Shown in pieces: positions 55,441 to 64,000 of a stretch of DNA of 64,000 nucleotides. The number at the start of each line of letters is the position of its first letter. Positions within the stretch are counted from its first letter, which is position 1. A program made the position numbers and the translations under genes. Origin of the DNA: Octopus vulgaris (Eukaryota); NCBI GenBank assembly GCA_951406725.2, contig OX597832.1, positions 63,054,001 to 63,118,000 on the forward strand. Direction: 5' to 3'. The notes below the pieces were generated by a model. It was not told the origin of the DNA. It did not search any database and saw only the letters and a program-made list of their open reading frames with translations.

Positions 55441-56293
55441 CATATACATATATTTATATATAGAGATATATCAAGTGATATTATTTGATTCTCTGATTAA
55501 AGAATTTCTAATAGGAGATGCCTTACATGTTTCTCCTACATGTACAGTTTTCTAACTCCTATTTCCAAATAAAACAGATGGAATAGCGAATTTTAAAAAT
55601 TTCTTTTTTTTTTCTTTTTTTTTTTTTTTTTGCAGTCTCCTGTTTTGATATGTAATCACTCGGCAAAATTATTTTCCAGTATTTTTCAACTCTTGTGCAT
55701 ACCTAGCACAAATATAATATCTACTTACGACTTGGAGCACTAGAATAAACAGATATGCTTCAAGAGGACACATAATAAGCGGCTTCAACTGATACGTATT
55801 CACGTTACGTAAAATCTTGACAAATCACGCAAATTAAGACGTGCGGAAACTAAGGGAGACAACATCTTATAATAACTAATGTCACAGTTGTTTCCCTTGA
55901 CATATTTTATTTTGGCTCTAATGCAAGTAACAATTTTTGTCATTTGACTGCGACCATGCTGAGGCACCGCTTTGAGGTGTTTCAGTCGAACAAATCGATC
56001 CCAGGACAGACATTTTGTTTTTGAGTCCCGGTATTTAACTCTATCGCACCCTTTTTACCGAACTGCCAAGTTAAGACGACATAAACACACCAACACCGGT
56101 TGCAAGCGGTGGTAAGAGATAAACACAGACGTAAAGAGAGATACATATATTAATAAACACATAAAAAACAAACACACACACACACACACGCACATACATA
56201 TATATATGTATATATGTGTGTGTGTGTGTGTGCGTGCGTGTGTGTGTGTATGTATGTATGTACGTATGTATGTATGTATGTATGAATGTATTA

Positions 56294-56637
56294 TATTTCG
56301 GAACGGTCATTTTATTCTTTCCTTTTAGTTTCTTTGCCAAATAAACACACGCACTGTATATTCGTTCTTCACTCGTTTATTACTGTTCTTATTCTAACTC
56401 ATGTTCATTGCCCGGAAACCATTCGTTACATATCTGTGATATCTTCAGCGACACTTTCCGTCCTCGTGTGTAGGAAAACACACGAGGACGGAAAGTGTCG
56501 CTGAAGACGTCACAGATGTGTAACGAATGATTTTTCAGACAATGAACATGTTAGAATAAGAACAGTAATAAACGAGTGACGAACGAATATACAGTGCGTG
56601 TGTTTATTTGGAAAAAATAAATGACCGTCCCGAAATA
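56294..56637. repeat. ~345-bp palindrome (foldback), 6-nt loop, with opposed hammerhead-like cores
   Basis: Arms mirror around AGGAAA (56472-56477); each arm reads GTGTCG-CTGAAGA-N-RTCACA..TGTAAC-GAA outward. Confidence 0.85.
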
Positions 56638-56903
56638 CAATACCTGTTTCAACACACAGTTTCACAAATTAATAGAGGTGTGTTTATATATATATATTCT
56701 TTTTCTTTTAATTTTTTTTTTTTGTTTCAGTCATTTGACTGCGACCATGCTTTTAGTCGAACAAATCGACTCGAGGACTTATTCTTTGTAAACCTAGTAC
56801 TTATTCTATCGGTCACTTTTGCCGAACTGCTAAGTTACGGGGACGTAAACACACCAACATCGGATGTCAAGCGATGGTGGGGGACAAGCACAAACACAAA
56901 TAC

Positions 56904-56971
<68 letters not shown>

Positions 56972-57019
56972 AAACAAGTCAAAATAGAAAATGCTAAAAT
57001 AATTTTATAAAGAACATTT

Positions 57020-57057
57020 CAGTACCGGTTTCGGTCATTTTGAGACCTTTTCAACTG
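57020..57057 (-). ncRNA. Minimal type I hammerhead with U3-A8 core pair in the PLE 3' terminus
   Basis: CAG-TTGAAAA-GGTC-TCAAAAT-GACC-GAA-ACCGGT-A-CTG; triplet GUA. Confidence 0.75.
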
Positions 57058-57661
57058 TAACGATTAAATAATTAAATTTAGAAAAATTAGAAGAAAAGTT
57101 TTTTTAAAGGAATATTTGTATAGTGTTCAAATATAAGTGGCATTCTGCCTTTCTCTGTCTCCCTTGTTTGCACTTGTGTGTTCGAGGTCGTTGTGAATTC
57201 TTGGTAGGGTAGAAGAAGAAGAAGGCTGATGAGGAGAGGGGGTGGGAAAATCTGGGAGTGCCCTGATGGTCGTATTTTGAATGGTCAGTGGCGGCTAGCA
57301 GTCGCAGTTCAATTCAGGAGAATATTTCTATTGAAAGGTTTGTTTATGGAATTTGCGTAGGTGTTATACTAAAAAGCATTAGTGATAAAGTTAAGAGGTA
57401 GAAGAAGAAGAAGATGTTGATGATGATGATGATGATGATGAAGAAGAAGAAGAAGAAGAAGAAGAAGAAGGAGGAGGAGGAGGAGGAGGAGGAGGAGGAG
57501 GAGGAGGAGAAGATGATGATGATGGTGATGATGATGACGACGATGATGATGATAATGATGATGATTAAGAAGAAGAGGAAGAAGAAGATAAAAGAGAAGG
57601 GAGAATATGAATGGGTGAAAGTAGTGAGGTGCTGTATGACTTGAAGTTGGCATGTTATGGA

Positions 57662-58453
57662 TTATAGCTGTGATTGGGGCTGATTTGTAATGGATTCTTT
57701 GGAATGTAATATTTGTGTGTGTATTTCTTTTATTCTGGTCGTAGACCCGTTAAGAAGTGGCCTGTATTTTGTAATAAAGAGAGTTTCTTTACTTATTCGT
57801 TGTCTCGGGGTTGTATCGTCCCTAAATTGGTAGAGGGAGAAAATCCTGAAGCCTGGTGTTTTGTTGTTGGCGCAAGTATCTATGTGTTGGCTGAAAGCTA
57901 TTTTTCTGTTTTGGGGAATTTTTATCTGGGATCTGTGCAGGGCCATTCTTTTACGCAAACTATTTTTTGTTTGGCCTATGTACTGCTCTTGACACCCGGA
58001 GCAGGTTAGTGAGTATATTAGGTTCTCCGAAGCACATGTGAAGTTGCTTTTCACTGCAAACCGTTGTCCATGTTTGAAGGAGAACTCTGATCCCTCAATT
58101 AGATAATCGCATATCCCGCAATTGGGTCTTCCACATTTTTTTACTGTCGGCTTCTGTGTTGAAGAGTGAATTCGGGCTTGTGTTAGGAAACTTTTCATAG
58201 ATTTAGGCTGTCTCTTGCTTTTTATGATCGTGTGTGTTTGGAGGATTGTGTTCATTCTGTGGTCTTTTTTTAGGAGGGGTATGTTGTGGAGGATGGTGCC
58301 GAAGGCTTCGTTATTGAGAGGGTTGTGTGTGGAGATGTATGGTAAGGCTTTTGGTCGTAAGTTTTTCTTTGATTTGGGATGTCTCAGTTCCTTGATGTTA
58401 AGTTGAAGGGCACGTTGAATGCACTTGTCAATAAGTGAAGGTGGATAGTTCCT
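57662..58453 (-). CDS. PLE ORF C-terminal part: RT thumb + GIY-YIG endonuclease (no native start)
   Basis: RNYPPSLID...LPYISTHNP...KKCGRPNCGIC...CASENLIYSLTCSGCQEQYIGQT...LRKRM..HR...KETLFI...PLLN; uninterrupted frame. Confidence 0.9.
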   Translation of the reverse strand, partial: RNYPPSLIDKCIQRALQLNIKELRHPKSKKNLRPKALPYISTHNPLNNEAFGTILHNIPLLKKDHRMNTILQTHTIIKSKRQPKSMKSFLTQARIHSSTQKPTVKKCGRPNCGICDYLIEGSEFSFKHGQRFAVKSNFTCASENLIYSLTCSGCQEQYIGQTKNSLRKRMALHRSQIKIPQNRKIAFSQHIDTCANNKTPGFRIFSLYQFRDDTTPRQRISKETLFITKYRPLLNGSTTRIKEIHTQILHSKESITNQPQSQL

Positions 58454-58513
58454 GGTGATTCTTACTTTCTATTTTATCATTTATCATATCATATCATATA
58501 CATACATACATAC

Positions 58514-58607
<94 letters not shown>

Positions 58608-58901
58608 ATGATATGATATGATAAATGATAAAATAGAAAGTAAGAATTAAAATTAAAATAAAAACAAAATATAAATTAGAAATAAGAGGAAAATCCATAA
58701 GATAGCTTATAATTAAAGATTAAATGTGGATACAATCAAAATAATGACAATGGGGGAAGGTTTATTCCTTTGGGTATATCATAATATATTATGATAACAT
58801 ATAAAAATAAAAATAAAGTATTATAGAGGTGAAAAAGCAAGAAGCTTCTTGCTTTTTCAAGAGAAAGAGAGAGAAGGGGGGGAGAGAGAAAGAGAGAGAG
58901 A

Positions 58902-58961
<60 letters not shown>

Positions 58962-59676
58962 TGCTTCTTTCAATTGTTGTTGATTGTAAGGCCGCGAGCT
59001 GGCAGAAATGTTAGCACGCCGGTAACTATATAGTCAGCAGGTATCTCACAAGCGTTTCGCCACTCGGCCTACGTTCTTCGTCCGAGTTGGGCAGCGAGGA
59101 CTGAACTAGTCTTTACTTACGGAAAGGTTCCGCTTGCGGTCTCTTATTTTAAAGTTACGGAAATTCGGGGATGAAGTATATCGAAACACCTCAATTTGAG
59201 GAGGAGGGGCTTTAATTTGACCCTTAATTTAATCAGCATAATTTTTTGTTTTTCTGTAAAAATATATTGCTAAATAAAAATTCATTTTTATTATTTTTTT
59301 TAACATAAAAACCAGTGGAGGTGAAAATCGTACCTCAAAAAAAAAAAAGATTCTAATAAGGGACATAACTCTTAAATTTTTCTTTCTAATTATTGCGCTT
59401 TAGTTGAATTAATGACTTATTCCGGTCACTTCGTCGGCATGCTATTGATAATAACGGTCTTAAGTAATAATGCAACATGCTTTTCCAAAGGAAGTTTAAG
59501 AATTCATGCCTTTCTTACCAGGCAGCTATTTTATGCAATGAGTTTTCATTATTCTATACAGTAATCGAATCCATATTCTTTATCGTGATTTGTTGGTAAC
59601 ATACCTTTCCTAATATTACGCTCCCCAAGTAATTATAAACACAGTACGATATAATGAAATTGTTCAGATATACTCT

Positions 59677-59756
<80 letters not shown>

Positions 59757-59760
<4 letters not shown>

Positions 59761-59960
59761 GAGTACTGAAAAGTTCTTGACTTTCAAGGTTTCGCGAAAG
59801 TCCTGGCTGGAGACCCAGCTTTATGAGTTCCTTTACCGGGCCTAGAAAATCTGGAGGACCCCTACAATAAGTGAATCTGAAAGGGGAATACGTTAAATAA
59901 AATCACAATTAACTGATCCTCCTCCTGTATTTTCCTTTACCCAAAGCCAGGAACTTTTCT
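59757..59960 (+). mobile_element. Mariner-derived MITE
   Basis: Terminal inverted repeats GAAAAGTTCTTGACTTT / AAAGCCAGGAACTTTTC; residual LKGEYVK* transposase tail. Confidence 0.7.
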
Positions 59961-60441
59961 GACATGATAGGAGCAAACACAGACACAAAGTCACACACAC
60001 ATACATTTATTCGACGGGCTTCCACATAGTTTCCGTTTAGAAGACCCGCAAGACATTAGTCGGCACGGGGCACTATTAAAAAACATTTGCCCAACACGCC
60101 GCAGGATGGAATTGACCCCGAAACTCCATGGTTGCAAAGTGACCCTTTTCCCATCTTAACCACAAAGGTATGTCTGTGTCTAATATATATTTTTTCCAAG
60201 CATAAATCCCAAAAAGAGGTAAAAAAAATATTATAGTTACAGAAACTGGTTCTCATAAATTAGGAACAGGGGCGGGGAGATCTGAGTTAATTGAAACCCC
60301 TTAATTTTGAGGGGTCTTTTATTTTTCTTCATACATTTTATCAACGTAATTGTCATTTACATTCTGGAAAATGTATTTCTGTTTTATATATATATATATA
60401 TATAACTACATATATGTACACACACACACACATATTTATAT

Positions 60442-60473
<32 letters not shown>

Positions 60474-60773
60474 ACGCACACACACACACACATATACATA
60501 TATATGCATATATCAACATGTGTGTGTGTGTGTTTGCATACATGTATGTATATTGTATATAGTGTTGATAGTGGTGAGGAAGAGGAGAAAGAGGAAGAAG
60601 AGAAGGAAGTGGAGGAGGAGGAGGAGGAAAAGAAGAAGGAAGAGGAGGGTAGTGGTAGGGGTGAGAATGAGGATAATGCTTGTATGTATGCTTGTGTGTG
60701 TGTATGTGTGTGTGTAAAAATGTGTTCATGTGTGTGCATGTGCTTATACAGACACACAGACATACAGATAGAA

Positions 60774-61091
<318 letters not shown>

Positions 61092-62260
61092 TTAGTTTTG
61101 ATGTTTGAAAAGATAGATATACATGTGTAACAACAGAGTGAAGAATTTTCCAATAAAAATTCTTCAATCCTACATAATACTTTAAATTGCGACGTTAAAA
61201 TCTGCCAAGTCTTATTCAACATCCAAACAGCCAGACGAAACGGCGTCACATAAAACTTAAACCTCCGGTTAAACGAACGTCTCTTCAAATAAGGAGATTC
61301 TAAACTAGCAAAAACAATCGCGTAAAAATTGCTGAAATATATAAAGAAAACCAACAACATGGAAATTAAAAGAAAAACAATTTAAGTTAAAATACGGAAG
61401 GAAAATAAAATTGCAAAAGACAAAAAAAAAGTGTCGTCTGCTTGCAATGAAAGACGAAGAGAACGATTACAGAATGTAATGGAAGGTGTTTAACCAAGCT
61501 GAAATATTCAAAATCCCACAAACTGATCCATGAAAACCCACTAAATCTCCAAATTCCAAAAACATTTCAAGGAAAATTACTAATGAGATTAGTAGGTCTT
61601 ATTGAGACACGCACGCACACGCACAGATGCACAAACATACACATATACATACAAACATATGTACATAGATATATACATACATATATATACAGACATAGAT
61701 ACATACATACGTACGTACATACATACGTACATAAATACATACATACGTAAGTATATACACATATACACGTACACATTTTTATCTTTTACTTGTTTCAGTC
61801 CTCTGACTGCGGCCATGCTAGAGCACCGCCTTTAGTCGAACTAATCGACCCCAGGACTTATTCTTTGTAAACCTAGTACTTATTCTATCGGTTCTTTTGC
61901 CGAACCGCTAAGTTACGAGGACGTAAACACACCAGCATCGGTTGTGAAGCGATGGTGAGGGGTCAAACAGACACAAACAAACACACACACACACACACAG
62001 ACACACACACACGCACGCACAGGCACAGGCACACACACACACGCGCGCGCACCTATATATATATGTAAAACGGGCTTCTTTCAGTTTCCGTCTACCAAAT
62101 CCACTCACAGGGCTTTGGTCGACTCGACACTATAGTAAAAGACACTTGCCGAAGGTACCACGCAGTGGGACTGAACCCGGAACCATGCACACATGTATAT
62201 ACATGTACACATATACACATGTAGATGTACACATATACACATGTAGATGTACACATATAC

Positions 62261-62413
<153 letters not shown>

Positions 62414-62415
62414 TG

Positions 62416-62702
62416 TTTCTTTATTGGCCACACGGGGCTGAACACAGACGGGACAAATTACGAAGTAGAGCTTTTCTTATTGGGGATAAAAAAAAGTGCG
62501 GTAGGTTTTCGATCAAAAGGGATCGTAAAAAAAACGATCAATAGGGAACGTGTATCACAGAAATGTCATGATGTAAAGTGTAAAGGGGGAAGCAGATGAG
62601 GTTTATTTGTGGTAAGAAAAGCCTACGGACAAGACCACGGTAACCTCGGTCAATATTGTCACATTTATTTGCAAGTAACTCTCTGTTTTAAATTTTTCCG
62701 GC
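62416..62702 (-). mobile_element. LINE-like 3' end inserted in (GATA)n, sharing its tail with family B SINEs
   Basis: Minus strand ends TTTGTCCCGTCTGTGTTCAGCCCCGTGTGGCCAATAAAGAAA; upstream sequence is non-SINE. Confidence 0.7.
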
Positions 62703-62766
<64 letters not shown>

Positions 62767-62779
62767 TGTATACTGTATA

Positions 62780-62876
<97 letters not shown>

Positions 62877-63552
62877 GGCGTGCGTGCGTGCAAATAGTTT
62901 TCAAGTGCTACTTTTATGATTACTGCTTCGTATAAGTTCTGAAAAGTATGTGATTGATTCACAGGAAGTGAAGAAACAGTCACCTGGCATGTCCTGAAGA
63001 AATAAGAATGGTATCAAGAACGGTGCCTTGACCTACTTATAATATTCTCAGCGGAATAAAAGGATTTTGATAAATGTGGCTAGCTCATTGTAAAATGGAG
63101 AGAAATATTTCAGGCCAGTCTTGCGACATTTCTGACGATATACTGAGTACTTCACCAATGTCTGGAATCTAAAAATGATTATAGTTCTCTCTCGAAATAG
63201 CTTTTCAATGTGAAAATGAGTTTCTTCTATAGTAACAGACGATAATTGATTCTTCACCTTGGAGTGAATTAAGGATACGTTCTATGACAACATTTGTAAC
63301 AATGAACGCGTAATTAGCGAGGATTACAAACGGGTGGGGAAATATGGTCTTGGAGCTCTCTGCAAATATCAAATCGTGACGTAGAATACAAACTGGTGAA
63401 CCAGTGCTCGTACCAAGCAATTGGACTACTGGAGTGACTGCATAGCCAGTGCATGCACACACACATATACACGCATGTATGTATATATGATAATGATGAT
63501 GATGATGATGTATATGGGCTTGTCGTAGATTGCTTATGTACATATAACAGTA

Positions 63553-63850
63553 TCATCATCATCATTATCATGATGCTTTACGTCCGATCTTTCGTGTTTG
63601 CACGATTTGGACGGATTTTCACCTGCACAGCGTCTCGCAACTCGTCACCGTTCTTCGTCATTTTTTTTCCGTACTGTTCTTTATCTTCTTCTGATCAGAC
63701 ATCAAAGATAAACTTCTTCCCATATCTTCCTCGTCGTTTTCTTTCGTAGGTTTTTTTTTCTCTCATTTGGATTGTTTAGTACTTTTTCACCTAAATTTTC
63801 ACCACCATACGTTTCACATGTCTGTAGCAGCGCTATCTGCCGTTGTATTC
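63553..63850 (-). pseudogene. Degraded RTE LINE 3' end
   Basis: R*RCYRHVKRM resembles RLRWYGHVKRM; tail GGACGTAAA..(GAT)n. Confidence 0.6.
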
Positions 63851-64000
63851 TCGGTTTATTTGCGTCCGTCAGTCATATACGTAAATATTATGCATCTTGT
63901 GGAGCATGTACTTTTTTTTTAAGCCATCACACATGCTCTGTATTCGATACATGTGATTTGCTACTATACTTCACCGATCTTCGTTATCAAATATCATACA

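Larger units (their letters stand above)
56965..58457 (-). mobile_element. 5'-truncated Penelope-like retroelement (Neptune-type Cys linker)
   Basis: Open frame with RT thumb, CxxxxCxxC linker and GIY-YIG, followed by a 3' UTR and terminal hammerhead; adjoins (TA)n. Confidence 0.9.

Overview
Eukaryotic, AT-rich, extremely microsatellite-rich intronic or intergenic DNA. The SINE families and the (TA)n/(ATT)n/(CATA)n/(GATA)n density resemble an octopus (coleoid cephalopod) genome; this is an inference. No intact host protein-coding gene is visible, and almost all of the ORF track is translated microsatellite. The real coding remnants are all transposon-derived: a 5'-truncated Penelope-like element (PLE; RT thumb + Cys-linker + GIY-YIG), other PLE RT/endonuclease fragments, R4/Dong-like restriction-endonuclease (REL) LINE ends, RTE LINE fragments and mariner fragments. 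There are also non-autonomous Helitrons and dozens of tRNA-derived SINEs. A few splice signals on + suggest a long-intron host transcript. The most notable signal is about a dozen type-I hammerhead ribozyme (HHR) motifs from apparently unrelated sequence families. They sit in ~340-360 bp partial tandem repeats, in inverted repeats, or in a PLE terminus. Three different Watson-Crick identities of the catalytic 3-8 tertiary pair occur (C3-G8, U3-A8, G3-C8), and some motifs have unusually long stem II domains. All structures were paired by eye and not computed.
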